A stretch of DNA of 42,123 bases from Candidatus Wolframiiraptor gerlachensis (GCA_021323375.2 JAJPCT020000004.1:1-42123); one strand, 5' to 3'. Shown: positions 25,676 through 35,588, counted from the first letter of the stretch. The notes: a model not told the origin generated them from the letters alone. Numbers and translations: made by a program.

Positions 25676-28177
25676 CTACCTGATCCTCCAAGGTCTGTAT
25701 GGTACGCCGGACCCCTCATAGAACTTGCTATAGAACTCGTAGAAGAGGAGCCTTAGGGCCTGGATCGCAACGACGAGGAGCTCTATACTGAGTGAGATGA
25801 GGTTTAGGAGTATTAGACCTAATCCTATTCCCATGGCTGGGCTGGCGTGCATCATCTCGTGGACGACCATGGCTAGGGCTGCATGGACTATCGCGAAGCC
25901 CGCAACTCTCGCGAATGATAGCGTGTTTGCGAGGAAGGCCGTCATCGTCTCGAGAAGGCTTCCTAGGCCAAGTGACACCTGATCATGCTCAAGGATGGGC
26001 TTCAGGATCATCATAACCAGCCCTCCGATCATGAGGAAGAATGGCCAGCTCATGAGGGCGCCTATGCCGAGTTCTGGAAACTCTAGGAGCCCGGGCACAA
26101 TGGTTACACCGAGGAAGTGGAAGGCTGTTAGGATGAAGCCGGAGTAAGTTATGAGGCCTGCGACCCCGTGATGCGAGAATATCGCCGAGATTATCTCGCC
26201 GTTTCTAAACTCCTTAAGCGCAGCTAATACTATGCCTAGCAGTATCTGGGCCATGCCGAAGAATATCGCGATCTTGATAAGCCAGATGATGCTGCTGGAG
26301 TCCCCGAGCCAGCCGGGCCTAAGCCCAGGCAGGAGGGGCTGTATCTCGATTAGGAAGAACTCGCCGAAGAGGGCTCCGAAGAATGATGCTGAGAGCCCCA
26401 TTCCTATCATGAGCCTGCCGATCTTCTTCGAATCCATCCCAAGAATCCTCCTCTTGAAGACATGGGTGAAGAAGAGCCCCATCGCGATTATCGCGATCCC
26501 CTGGCCAAGGTCAGGGAACATCAGGCCGAACATTATGGTCCAGAGAATTCCCGAGATCATTGTTGGATCTATCTCATGCCTGCCAGGCCAGCCATAGAGC
26601 GCGACTATACTCTCAAAGACCTTGAAGACTCCCGGATTCTTGAGGAGCGTTGGAGCCTTCTCCCCGGGCTTAGGATCCTCGAAGCGATATGCGACGACTC
26701 CCTTAAGCTCCCTCCGCATCTTCTCGAGCTTCTCGGAGAGCCACTCCACAGCATCCTCAGAAACCCATCCCTGGACAATCCTGAGATAATCTGTTTGAAG
26801 GCTTCCCCTCAGCGCCTCCTCTAGCCTGAGATTGAGTTCGAGAGCCTTGTAAACCTCCACGAGCTTGGGGGCCATATTTCTTCTAAGCTCCGAGAGCTCC
26901 TCGAGAAGCCTCTCCTCCTCAGACTTCAAAGTCTCCAGCCTCCTAGAAACATTCTCAAGCGCCACGCTCGGGCTGCCTGAAAGCTTGGCCAGGATGGGGG
27001 ACAGGTCCTCGAACCCCACGCCGCGCAGGATCTCATCAATCTCCGCGAAGTGCTCCTTCAAGCATGTGATGGCGAGAAGCGTTCTACCATCCCTAGCGGC
27101 GAGTACCTCGACAACAGCTAATCTTTCCTTCAACGCCTCCCTAATCCTGTCCACGCCTCCCTCATCAACGACCCCGATGATGATCGCTAGATTCTCGTAA
27201 TCCTTGATCTCCGGCAGGCTGATATCCAGCTCGCTCAGAAGGCCTAGAACGTTTCTCATCTTCTCGAGCTCTTCCCTCTCAGCCTTAATCTGGTCGAGCT
27301 TCCCCCTAATCGAGTTATATTTCCCGGCGATTTCCTCGAGAATTCTCTTAGCCTCCTCGAGGCTCATATCGCCAGTAGCCTCAGCCCGCACATCTATTGA
27401 GAATTCATCGCGTAGCCGGAGAATCTCGCTTCTCAACGCGTTGATGATCTCGAGCTGTCGGCCACCTTCATCTACGGCCCAAATAAGCCTCACCTTAAGC
27501 TCCTCGAGCTTCCCCTCTAGCTCCAGTATCCTCTTCTCGGCCTCGGATAACTTGAGGTCAAGGTGCGCGAGAGCCTCATCACATCTCCTCGGCAGATTAT
27601 CGGGGAACCGAATCTCTTGGTAATAGAACTCGCCGAGTAGCTCTCGCGCCCTCTCCACACGATCCCTCAAAATAGCTAGATAGAGCAGGGCCTCATTTCC
27701 GGGAAGCTCCGCGCGCTTTACTAGTGCGTTGAGCTCCTCGAGCCTCTTAACGAGCTTTCCGAGAACATCTCTAGGGATGATGATAAGTAGTGTGGATAGC
27801 TCTGCGCCGGGCTCGGATGGCGGGATCTCATCCTCCCCCATGGCCTTGATCCCGGAGATGATGTCCCTCAGGCGGCGGAGCTCTATCCTTGATGTATAGA
27901 GCCTCCTTAGCTCATCCCTTACCTCAACATATCTCCTGAAGATACCTTTCTCATCCTCAAAACCGGGCCTGTAAAGGCTATACCATGTCTCAGCGAGCCT
28001 TACGCATATCTCCTCGAGCTCTCTAGCTCTCTCCAACTCGCCCTCCAAAAGCTCCCTAGAATCCCAGATACTCATCCTCCTGAGATGAACTACCCCAAGC
28101 TCGCCGAGCCTGAGGATAACCTGCCTCTCGAAATCCCTTAAAGTGATCAGCACGAGCTTCTTCGCGGGGATTATCAA
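25676..28177 (-). CDS. atpI: A-type ATP synthase subunit I (a)
   Basis: APTLLKNP, EIDPT, FGLMFPDLGQG, NTLSFARV and QALRL.FYEFYSKFY.G motifs. Confidence 0.95.
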   Translation of the reverse strand: MIIPAKKLVLITLRDFERQVILRLGELGVVHLRRMSIWDSRELLEGELERARELEEICVRLAETWYSLYRPGFEDEKGIFRRYVEVRDELRRLYTSRIELRRLRDIISGIKAMGEDEIPPSEPGAELSTLLIIIPRDVLGKLVKRLEELNALVKRAELPGNEALLYLAILRDRVERARELLGEFYYQEIRFPDNLPRRCDEALAHLDLKLSEAEKRILELEGKLEELKVRLIWAVDEGGRQLEIINALRSEILRLRDEFSIDVRAEATGDMSLEEAKRILEEIAGKYNSIRGKLDQIKAEREELEKMRNVLGLLSELDISLPEIKDYENLAIIIGVVDEGGVDRIREALKERLAVVEVLAARDGRTLLAITCLKEHFAEIDEILRGVGFEDLSPILAKLSGSPSVALENVSRRLETLKSEEERLLEELSELRRNMAPKLVEVYKALELNLRLEEALRGSLQTDYLRIVQGWVSEDAVEWLSEKLEKMRRELKGVVAYRFEDPKPGEKAPTLLKNPGVFKVFESIVALYGWPGRHEIDPTMISGILWTIMFGLMFPDLGQGIAIIAMGLFFTHVFKRRILGMDSKKIGRLMIGMGLSASFFGALFGEFFLIEIQPLLPGLRPGWLGDSSSIIWLIKIAIFFGMAQILLGIVLAALKEFRNGEIISAIFSHHGVAGLITYSGFILTAFHFLGVTIVPGLLEFPELGIGALMSWPFFLMIGGLVMMILKPILEHDQVSLGLGSLLETMTAFLANTLSFARVAGFAIVHAALAMVVHEMMHASPAMGIGLGLILLNLISLSIELLVVAIQALRLLFYEFYSKFYEGSGVPYRPWRIR

Positions 28178-28246
28178 CTCTTCCGCGAGACTAGAGGGCT
28201 AGCCGCGATAATTTAAGAGTATGTTATGTGGCGCTGAGTAGGGAAT

Positions 28247-28307
28247 GGGGTCAGATGACCCTCTCCTCCTCACGCTAGGATCGGATGGGTAAGTCCTCAT
28301 CATCCCC
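28247..28307 (-). ncRNA. C/D box sRNA (dual 23S rRNA guides)
   Basis: GGGG-ATGATGA-GGACTTACCCAT-CCGA-..-GTGAGGA-GGAGAGGGTCAT-CTGA-CCCC. The guides are complementary to the recalled 23S consensus GGGUAAGUUC and UGACCCUCU. Confidence 0.9.
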
Positions 28308-28344
28308 GCGCGATAATGGGCTGGAGCCGCTTATAGAGCGTTTC

Positions 28345-28402
28345 GGGGCTCGGCAGTATTCCCGCTCATCACCAGCTCAGCTGGCGGTTAACCTCATAGC
28401 CC
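28345..28402 (-). ncRNA. C/D box sRNA
   Basis: GGGC-ATGAGG(degenerate C)-TTAACCGCCAG-CTGA-GTGATGA-GCGGGAATACTG-CCGA-GCCC. Confidence 0.72.
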
Positions 28403-28426
28403 ATGAAAACCTCTGGCAGGGCCGCT

Positions 28427-28951
28427 TTAGACCTTTCTCCTCTCCTGACCAGCCTTCCGGACCTCCTCCTCAAGCACCTCTAGGAGCCCCTCCCGATCAA
28501 GCATCACGAGTAGTTCATCATACGTCGCATCAATCTCCTTTATACATGTATCCGGGAAGTTTAGATCCACGGAGATCCTATGCTTCCAGTAGTATCCCCC
28601 CTCGGGAAGGTTAAGCCTCGTGAATACACCGATAAGCTTAGACGGCAGCTGGAGGTTCTTAACGCTGATCAAGTACTCGATGAAGCATATCCTGTAAGCC
28701 TTCTCATATAAGTCTCCGTAGAAGGTGTTGAAGTAGACGTGTAACGGGTGGTCCTTGGCATATGTTTCCCAGCTCGTGAACTGAGTGTAGATCGGCCTCC
28801 ATCCACCATCCTTCAAGACCATGTCCTCGAGGCTTATCGGCCTCTTCCAAGTCGTCACCATGTAGCCCTTCTCCTCGAGGCCCGGGATAATGTAGCCTCG
28901 GATTATGCCCTGTCTTATCAGCTCCAACCTCTCCCTAAGCCCCAAGGTCAT
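28427..28951 (-). CDS. Hypothetical protein (174 aa)
   Basis: Host-like composition and a plausible start. No family recognised. Confidence 0.7.
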   Translation of the reverse strand: MTLGLRERLELIRQGIIRGYIIPGLEEKGYMVTTWKRPISLEDMVLKDGGWRPIYTQFTSWETYAKDHPLHVYFNTFYGDLYEKAYRICFIEYLISVKNLQLPSKLIGVFTRLNLPEGGYYWKHRISVDLNFPDTCIKEIDATYDELLVMLDREGLLEVLEEEVRKAGQERRKV

Positions 28952-29033
28952 GGAACAGCCACGCTACCCGCTCCCCTAGCCTGATTTCCCCGCATATAAA
29001 CCAAGTAAAAACGTTTTAGCCCAATCTACGCCA

Positions 29034-29714
29034 TCAAGAAATAACACTGAGAATAACCTCCTCGAGAACTTCTCTCGAATTCTCCCCGATAATCCTCTTT
29101 ACTTCAACATGATCCTTATCCAAGATTATGTAGGTCGGTGTTCCGGAGACATCATAAGCATCAAAAACTCTTGCCTTCTCATCAACAACATGAATCCAGT
29201 TCAACCCCTCCTCCGCCAGAACCCTGCTGGCATATTCTATCCCCCCAACGGGATAAACCACCGAAATGAAGACTATCCTTTCACCATACTTCTCCTCAAG
29301 CTCCTTTAATATGGGCGCCATCCGGAGACAGTGGGGACATGTTGGAGACATGAATTCTAGAAAGACTGGCCTGCCCTCGAACTGTGATAGCTTGATGGTC
29401 TTCCCGGTTAGGCCGAGCTCATCTATCTCAGGTAGCTCGAAGTCAGGCGCAGGCTGCCTTTGCTGCGTCTGAGCTTGAGTTGTGCGCGTCTCTGTTGCTG
29501 AAGGAGTGGTAACATGTGGCCCTGTTGATATTGTGGTTGACGTTGTGTCTCCCGGGAATGCTACTAAGATTATGGCTAGCATGATGACGATGATCGTGAT
29601 TACTGGCGCCAGCCTTATGCCGTAATAATATCCCCTATGGCTCTCCCTGATATGCCTCTTTAAGGCGATGTCCGTGGGAAAGCTCTTGCCACAGAACCTG
29701 CACTTCCTAGCCAT
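29034..29714 (-). CDS. Membrane-anchored TlpA/ResA-like redoxin with N-terminal C2H2 zinc finger
   Basis: CRFC...HIRESH, a TM helix, a Thr-rich linker, then APDFELP, CPHC and GTPT. Confidence 0.88.
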   Translation of the reverse strand: MARKCRFCGKSFPTDIALKRHIRESHRGYYYGIRLAPVITIIVIMLAIILVAFPGDTTSTTISTGPHVTTPSATETRTTQAQTQQRQPAPDFELPEIDELGLTGKTIKLSQFEGRPVFLEFMSPTCPHCLRMAPILKELEEKYGERIVFISVVYPVGGIEYASRVLAEEGLNWIHVVDEKARVFDAYDVSGTPTYIILDKDHVEVKRIIGENSREVLEEVILSVIS

Positions 29715-29784
29715 AAGGGCTCCAGTATTCTCGCGTCCTCCATCCTATAAAACTTCTCAAGATCATCAGGATAAGGATCATGTC

Positions 29785-30290
29785 TCAACGGGGCTTGTAA
29801 CACGCTTCTAGGCTCTTCTTAGCAGCGACCTCGGCGACCTTTGACATAAGCTCGGCGCATCTGTTCCAAGCGCCTGAGATGATAAACTCCTCGACGTCTC
29901 TTGGGTTCCTCAAGTCGTAGACTCTCCCGAAGAGCTTCATGTGTATCTCCTTGCAGATAGCTGTCCCGAATTACTTCTCGAACTCGTCGTAAACTCACTC
30001 AACAATCTCCGTGGCCCTCCTATAATCCTCCGATAAATCTGTTAGCTCAAGTCTTCTCCGGCCGAAGACCACGCCGATGAGATGAATAGTAATGCTCCTA
30101 GGAGGGAGCCACATGTCTGGCCAGATCTCGCTATCCCGCCGGAGAGCGGGGAAGCGGCCTTAAACGACTCGACATCGGTTAGGCCGAAGACCTCCTGAAG
30201 AGCCTTCAGGGTTATCTGTGCGTAGCCATGAAACTCATCTCCGAGAACCCTGGCAAGCCTAGTAGCCCTCCCCGGCAGATCCCCCTGCAC
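29785..30290 (-). pseudogene. C-GCAxxG-C-C family redox protein pseudogene
   Basis: GYAQ replaces the usual CAQ. After GG....GQTCGSLLG there is a frameshift near 30080, followed by in-frame TGA and TAA before FGTAICKEI...RCAEL. Confidence 0.8.
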
Positions 30291-30408
30291 AACCCCCTAG
30301 CATAGAGAGACGCTGGCTTGTAAGATTACACATGGCGGGCACGCTCTCTCTAGGAGACTGCATGGGATTGCTGGGAGATTACCTAGCAGAGTATCATCGT
30401 TTTATCAG

Positions 30409-30933
30409 GTGAGCCGGACAATGATCATGCTTAAAAGAGATGGTGCCTCCCGAGAGCCGATGCCCGAATCACGGTTTAAAGCCATGTCGGAGTTGGAGGA
30501 GCTGGGCGCACCCATCGAGGAGCGGAAGCCCCTGATTCAAAGGATAATGAGGGATTCTAGGGGCTGGATAGACGCCGTGATAATGATCGTGAACGGCACG
30601 AGAATAGCTTTCACAGAGAATGGAGAGATAAATGCGAATAATGTCACGAGCGCTGCGTGCACGATAGCTGATGCCGCCTTAGCTGTGCTGGAGCTCTTCG
30701 GCTCGAGGAAAATAAACGAAATAGATATTCGGATGTTTGAGGGCCGGCATCTCATAATCAGGGATCATAATGGATGCCGCATCGCAATCCTGACGAAGCC
30801 CGATCCAAATCTCGGCCTGATCAAGCTGGCGCTCGAGAAGAATCTAGCATCAAATAGGCACCCGGGGAAAAATTATACACGCAGTACAGAGAATAGCGCC
30901 ATCCACCTGCATAGAGTAGCTCCCTTAGGATAA
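30409..30933 (+). CDS. Roadblock/LC7-domain-like protein (start uncertain)
   Basis: DAVIMIVNG..IA and IAILTKPDPNLGLIKL. Confidence 0.6.
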   Translation: MSRTMIMLKRDGASREPMPESRFKAMSELEELGAPIEERKPLIQRIMRDSRGWIDAVIMIVNGTRIAFTENGEINANNVTSAACTIADAALAVLELFGSRKINEIDIRMFEGRHLIIRDHNGCRIAILTKPDPNLGLIKLALEKNLASNRHPGKNYTRSTENSAIHLHRVAPLG

Positions 30934-30981
30934 TGGCTTCTTGAAGTGGGTTAGGATAGACTTGATGGTTGTGGATGAGCT

Positions 30982-31088
30982 TGGGGGCGCCCGGATTTGA
31001 ACCGGGGGTCTCCGGGTGACTCCTCTCTGACCAGGAGCTAGGCTGGATCTGGAGCCCGGCGCCGTAGACCTTGCTGGGCCACGCCCCC
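30982..31088 (-). tRNA. tRNA-Trp(CCA) with 31-nt canonical 37/38 intron (31018-31048)
   Basis: Acceptor GGGGGCG/CGCCCCC, anticodon arm CCGGG-CTCCAG|A-CCCGG and T-arm CCCGG-TTCAAAT-CCGGG. BHB has a CTCC/GGAG central helix. No CCA end is encoded. Confidence 0.95.
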
Positions 31089-31180
31089 AGCCCCCGTATC
31101 TCTCGCGTATGCGAACCGATATTAAAAATTTCAGCCGTATTGTCGTCTGATGCTGTTCAAACAAACCTTTTAGGCGCATC

Positions 31181-32488
31181 TCAGGGCTTTATATCGACCA
31201 TGTCCTTTGAATTGTTCATGAAGATGTTTTCATAGATGGCGTTTCTCGAGGAATTTAAGAGGAGTATTCCCACGTTTAAGCTATCAGATATCATGTTGTC
31301 GTTTATTGTATTGTCATATGAGTCTCTTAAGGCTATGCCGAAAAGATTTAATGCAAACGTATTATCTGAGACCACGTTATTATGAGATGAGGAGAGCAGG
31401 ATTCCGATATAGTTAGAGGTGATAACGCTTCTCAGGATCTTGTTATTACTCGATGAGTGGATATATACTGCGATCTCATTATTCGCTAGCTTGCTCTCAA
31501 CTACCCGGCTGTTATTTGTATTCCAGAACTCTATCGCGACGCCGGCACTAGAAGCATTAACGCCCATGATAGTGATGTTCTCGCAGTTTACAAGAATAAC
31601 TTGGCCAGCCCCCTCAACCGCCTCGCCAGAAGCCATTTCCAGGTATACTATTGGCCTATCATTCACCTTGTTTCCGGAGACAAAATTTGTATAAGAGTTT
31701 GAGAAAAACATGCCTTTATCGGCGAAGATGTTATCCACTATTTGATTTGATGATGAGCCGAGGATAAGCATCCCACCCCCCTTGATAACATTCTCAGAGA
31801 CCTCGTTTCTATCAGCCTCATCATAGAGATAAATTCCATTAATGCCGCCTATAATCATGTTTCGGTGAATCATGTTCTCTTTCGAGGATCTTAGATGTAT
31901 TCCGAAGCTCGGGTTATCCGTTAAGATGTTCTCAGACACTATTACGCGTTTGCTCCCGGTTAGATATATTCCCTCGCGGTTGCCGTAAATGAGGTTTTCG
32001 ATGATCAATATATCCGAGGATGAATGTATGTATATCGCCATCCTATTGCCAGTGAAATAGTTCCGAAACACTAGAACGCGGGATGAGTTGTAGATTTGTA
32101 GCCCAGCCCCTCTGCCTCCAATATTTATGATTGTTCCGCCTCCGGTTATGGTGAAGCCCGTGATAACTACACTACCCCGCTTAATTAATATCGTGTAATC
32201 GCTCATCCCTCCATCAAGCAAGGTTCTTCTCGGATCCTCGCCAATGAGTATTATGGGCTTGTCTATCACTAGGTTCTCCTGATATATGCCGGCCTTAACA
32301 TAGATAATATCGCCGTCAAGGGCCTCATTTACTGCTTCTTGAATGCTTTCATATTCGCTTGGGACTATTCTCAGCCTTGGCATGGTGAATACCCCGACTA
32401 GTGCAATCACGAATACGCTGTAGATTATGATCGCTAAGGAGAGTGCGAGGATTATTGTGATGGTCTTCCAGTTTTCGCGAGCCAGCAT
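31181..32488 (-). CDS. Membrane-anchored NosD/CASH right-handed beta-helix protein
   Basis: TM segment, SIQEAVN, G.YQEN and many N....N.I..N..GI repeats. AT-richer than its flanks. Start uncertain. Confidence 0.85.
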   Translation of the reverse strand: MLARENWKTITIILALSLAIIIYSVFVIALVGVFTMPRLRIVPSEYESIQEAVNEALDGDIIYVKAGIYQENLVIDKPIILIGEDPRRTLLDGGMSDYTILIKRGSVVITGFTITGGGTIINIGGRGAGLQIYNSSRVLVFRNYFTGNRMAIYIHSSSDILIIENLIYGNREGIYLTGSKRVIVSENILTDNPSFGIHLRSSKENMIHRNMIIGGINGIYLYDEADRNEVSENVIKGGGMLILGSSSNQIVDNIFADKGMFFSNSYTNFVSGNKVNDRPIVYLEMASGEAVEGAGQVILVNCENITIMGVNASSAGVAIEFWNTNNSRVVESKLANNEIAVYIHSSSNNKILRSVITSNYIGILLSSSHNNVVSDNTFALNLFGIALRDSYDNTINDNMISDSLNVGILLLNSSRNAIYENIFMNNSKDMVDIKP

Positions 32489-32618
32489 TTTTAATGCAGT
32501 GATAATGAATGAATCACGGATATTAGCCTTAACTTTGCTTTGCATGAGGTCTAAAGCTAGATTATGTCGAGGGAAAAGTTGATAAGGCATTTCTCGGCTT
32601 GAGGCTTGGAGAGTTAGG

Positions 32619-33131
32619 ATGATTTTGACGGATAGGGATATTAGGGAGTTTATGAGACTTGGGAAGATTAGGTTTGAGCCGGGAATCTCTGAGGATCAGA
32701 TAGGCCCTGGCTCTGTTGATCTTACGCTCTCAAACAGGTTCTGGAGGCTTAGGGCGGATCTGGAGCTGATAGATTTATCGGGGATGAGCTTCGAGGATGT
32801 GAGCGAGGAGATTATAGTGGATGAGATAGTGATTCCACCACATGGCCTGGTTATAGGGATGACCAGGGAGAAAGTGTATGTTGATGATGATGTCTGCGGC
32901 TGGATCGAGGGGAGGAGCAGGTATGCTAGGATGGGGCTGGCGATACATTCGGCAAGTGGCTTCATCCACCCAGGCTCATATAATCATCAGGTGCTCGAGA
33001 TCTCGAACCTAACACCGTATTCCATGAGGCTGAGAGCGGGCATGAGGATAGTCCAGGTTGTCTTCCAGCTCGCGAGAAGCAGGAGCGAGAAGCCCTATAG
33101 GAGATATGGTGTCCTGGCTAGGGATCAGTAG
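32619..33131 (+). CDS. dcd: dCTP deaminase
   Basis: MILTDRDI, SVDLTL, GRSRYARMGL, GFIHPG and LEISN motifs. Confidence 0.93.
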   Translation: MILTDRDIREFMRLGKIRFEPGISEDQIGPGSVDLTLSNRFWRLRADLELIDLSGMSFEDVSEEIIVDEIVIPPHGLVIGMTREKVYVDDDVCGWIEGRSRYARMGLAIHSASGFIHPGSYNHQVLEISNLTPYSMRLRAGMRIVQVVFQLARSRSEKPYRRYGVLARDQ

Positions 33132-33134
33132 GGG

Positions 33135-33596
33135 GTGATATTTTTGCCTAGGATAGAGAAGCTGATTATACAGGTTTTATGCCACGCGACGGAGGACCAA
33201 GATAAGGTTCTCAGGGCTGTTAGGAACGTGCTTGGCAACGCCGCTGATAAGGTCTCAATAAGCTCCGAAACCTTGAAGGGCCATTATGGCGACCCGGTCA
33301 CGATAATGAGGATGTATCTCCTCGATGAGAATGCTTGTGAGGGAGTTTTCCTGAGAATTCTCTCAAGCTTGTCGAGATTCGAGCAGGAGGAGATCTGGAG
33401 CGAGAGGGTTAAGAAGGGCAAGCATGGCGGCAAGCTCTACATAAGGCTCGATAAGCAGGAAGCTTTCCTCGGGAGGATAAGGCAGTCTGACAAGGATCCA
33501 ATAAGGATCGTGGTCGAGGCTCGGGGAAACATGGATGCATTGAGAAAGAAATTCGAGGAGAGGCTTGGGGAGCTCGAGGCGAAGAGTTCATCATGA
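33135..33596 (+). CDS. COG1325-type RNA-binding protein (exosome/RNase P superoperon)
   Basis: HATED..KV, GHYGDPV and LYIRLDKQ motifs. Confidence 0.9.
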   Translation: MIFLPRIEKLIIQVLCHATEDQDKVLRAVRNVLGNAADKVSISSETLKGHYGDPVTIMRMYLLDENACEGVFLRILSSLSRFEQEEIWSERVKKGKHGGKLYIRLDKQEAFLGRIRQSDKDPIRIVVEARGNMDALRKKFEERLGELEAKSSS

Positions 33597-34306
33597 GAAG
33601 ATATGTGGACTTTTGGGTCATAGGCGAGGAGCGTGAGAGGGCGATAGACCTCTTGAAAACCTTAGCGAGACTGGGCTACTCCGATGCGGTGATGGAACTT
33701 AGAGGGGATCTCGCTGGATCCCTTGAGGAGTTGAGGGGTAAAGCCGCCGAGATCGGGATAAGACTTCATCGAAAGCTTATACTCAAGCCGGGTAGCAGGA
33801 GGGAGCTTCTACGAGAGTTAAGGAGTAGTAGGGGCAGGTTCGAGGTGATAACAGTCATCTGTGAGAGCCTCGAGGTGGCCTTGGTCGCCGCGAGGGACTC
33901 GAGGGTGGATAGCCTCGTGATACCGCCGAAGCCGGGCTTCAGAATAGATAAGGGCGTGGCCTCAACGATAAGAAACTGCGTCGAGCTACCATTCAGCTGG
34001 TATCTCGCTGATAGGCAACAATTCCTCGAGGAGGCCTTGAAGATAATCCGAGTACTTGGCAGGAGGGCTGGGATAATAGTGTCCTCGGCATCCTCGAGCC
34101 CGCTCCTTCTGAGGGGGCCTAGGGAGCTGGCCTCACTACCATGGGTTCTAGGATATCCCCAAGAAAGGGCTCTCGACGCAGTCTCAAGGACACCGCTGCA
34201 GATAATTGAGAGGAATCTTCTGAAGCTCTCAAGACGTTATGTGGCCCGGGGGGTCGTGAGAGTTGGCGAGGAGGATGAAGAGGAGGTATCTACTGATATC
34301 CTCTGA
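33593..34306 (+). CDS. rnp3: RNase P protein Rpp30
   Basis: AARDSRVD and IIVSSAS.....LRGPRELASL, in operon context. Confidence 0.85.
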   Translation: MRRYVDFWVIGEERERAIDLLKTLARLGYSDAVMELRGDLAGSLEELRGKAAEIGIRLHRKLILKPGSRRELLRELRSSRGRFEVITVICESLEVALVAARDSRVDSLVIPPKPGFRIDKGVASTIRNCVELPFSWYLADRQQFLEEALKIIRVLGRRAGIIVSSASSSPLLLRGPRELASLPWVLGYPQERALDAVSRTPLQIIERNLLKLSRRYVARGVVRVGEEDEEEVSTDIL

Positions 34307-34595
34307 GCCGGCTCATCATCCGGAGAGGGTGGCCGAGGCCGTGAAATCAAGCTACAGGAGCCTATTCGGCGAACTCGGCCTCGCATCCTCAGATCTCAAG
34401 CTTATCAAAGGATATGAGAGGGAGGGCGCGGTGATTCTCAGGTGCGCACTGGACTCTCTGCCGAGGGCGATCTTGGCGGCTGCCACGGTAACAGAGATCG
34501 ATGGGGCTGAGGCCGCTCTAAGGGTTCTAGCGATAAGCGGGACAATAAGGGGGATTATCCGGAAACTGGCCCGGCTGAGATCAAGCTACACCTGA
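34263..34595 (+). CDS. rnp2: RNase P protein Pop5
   Basis: KRRYLLI, LFGELG, ILRC and ISGTIR motifs. Confidence 0.9.
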   Translation: MARRMKRRYLLISSEPAHHPERVAEAVKSSYRSLFGELGLASSDLKLIKGYEREGAVILRCALDSLPRAILAAATVTEIDGAEAALRVLAISGTIRGIIRKLARLRSSYT

Positions 34596-35524
34596 GATCT
34601 TCCACAGCTCGGGCAGAATATCCTGCCGTCCAGCGGCTTCCCGCAGAACCTGCACCTATCCTCCGGGGCCGCCCCTCCCTTCTCTTCCCTTCCCTCCTCC
34701 CTCTTCTTCTCGTATCTTCTCGCGAAGAGTAGCCCGCCCTCAAAGAGCACGGCGAATACTGCGAGGAGTATCAGGTTCGCGAACATGCCTCCATCCGGTG
34801 TTATTATCGCGGCGATTATATACATGCCACCATAGATCCACTTCCTATACTTTCCGATCGACTTTGTGCTGAGCAATCCAACACGGACTAGGAGATTCAT
34901 GATGACTGGTGTCGTGAACACCGCCCCTGTTGCGAGTGTGACGACGAGTATCGTCGTATAGAAGTCCATGATCGTGATTATCGGCTCGGCTCCAACGAGG
35001 TCGAAGAATATCAGCATAGCCCTAAACGTGAATGGTGTAATTATGTATAATCCGAAGAATAGGCCCGCCAAGAATAGGCCGAGGAAGGCTGACAAAAATG
35101 GATAGATCATTCTTCGCTCATGCGGGTAAAGCGCCGGGTCAACATACTTGAATATCTCGTATCCTATGACGGGGCTGCTGAGTGCGAGGCCGAAAACGAG
35201 GGATGCTATGAAGTAGATCTCGAGCGGCGCGGTGATCGTCTGCCCTATCAGTATCATCACCTCCGGCTTCACCGTATTCCTCAAAAACTCCAAGGCCACG
35301 GTGACCATGGGCTTATAATATCCCTCGAGAAGCTCCTGGGGCGAGTAGATCTGGGCCGGGAATGCTAGCATGATCATCGTCATGACGCCGATGGTTATCA
35401 GGCAGACCTTGAGCCTGTCCCTAAGCTCCATCAAGTGCTCGAGTAGTGTCATCTCCTTCATGTCCTTGGGCTTCTCCTCGGACTTCTTCGACTCTCTCAA
35501 CCTTCCCGCCTCCGAGAATCCCAT
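34586..35524 (-). CDS. tatC: TatC with C-terminal zinc ribbon
   Basis: EHLMELRDRL, PALYPHERR and AIITPDG, with tail CRFC...CPSCG. Confidence 0.93.
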   Translation of the reverse strand: MGFSEAGRLRESKKSEEKPKDMKEMTLLEHLMELRDRLKVCLITIGVMTMIMLAFPAQIYSPQELLEGYYKPMVTVALEFLRNTVKPEVMILIGQTITAPLEIYFIASLVFGLALSSPVIGYEIFKYVDPALYPHERRMIYPFLSAFLGLFLAGLFFGLYIITPFTFRAMLIFFDLVGAEPIITIMDFYTTILVVTLATGAVFTTPVIMNLLVRVGLLSTKSIGKYRKWIYGGMYIIAAIITPDGGMFANLILLAVFAVLFEGGLLFARRYEKKREEGREEKGGAAPEDRCRFCGKPLDGRIFCPSCGRSQV

Positions 35525-35588
35525 CGCAATAAATACCGCCTCACCTAAAAATCCCTATCCCTAGCATCTTTCAGCCTTAAAGAAAGGT

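Noticed and set aside
30296-30356. Hairpin TAGAGAGA...TCTCTCTA as an ncRNA
   Set aside because: Short low-complexity arms with no K-turn or ACA support.
31018-31048. C/D box RNA within the tRNA-Trp intron, as in Euryarchaeota
   Set aside because: The intron is only 31 nt and has no C or D boxes.
31181-32590. tRNA-integrated genomic island
   Set aside because: A single AT-richer gene on the 5' side of the tRNA, with no integrase and no duplicated tRNA 3' end (att site) found.
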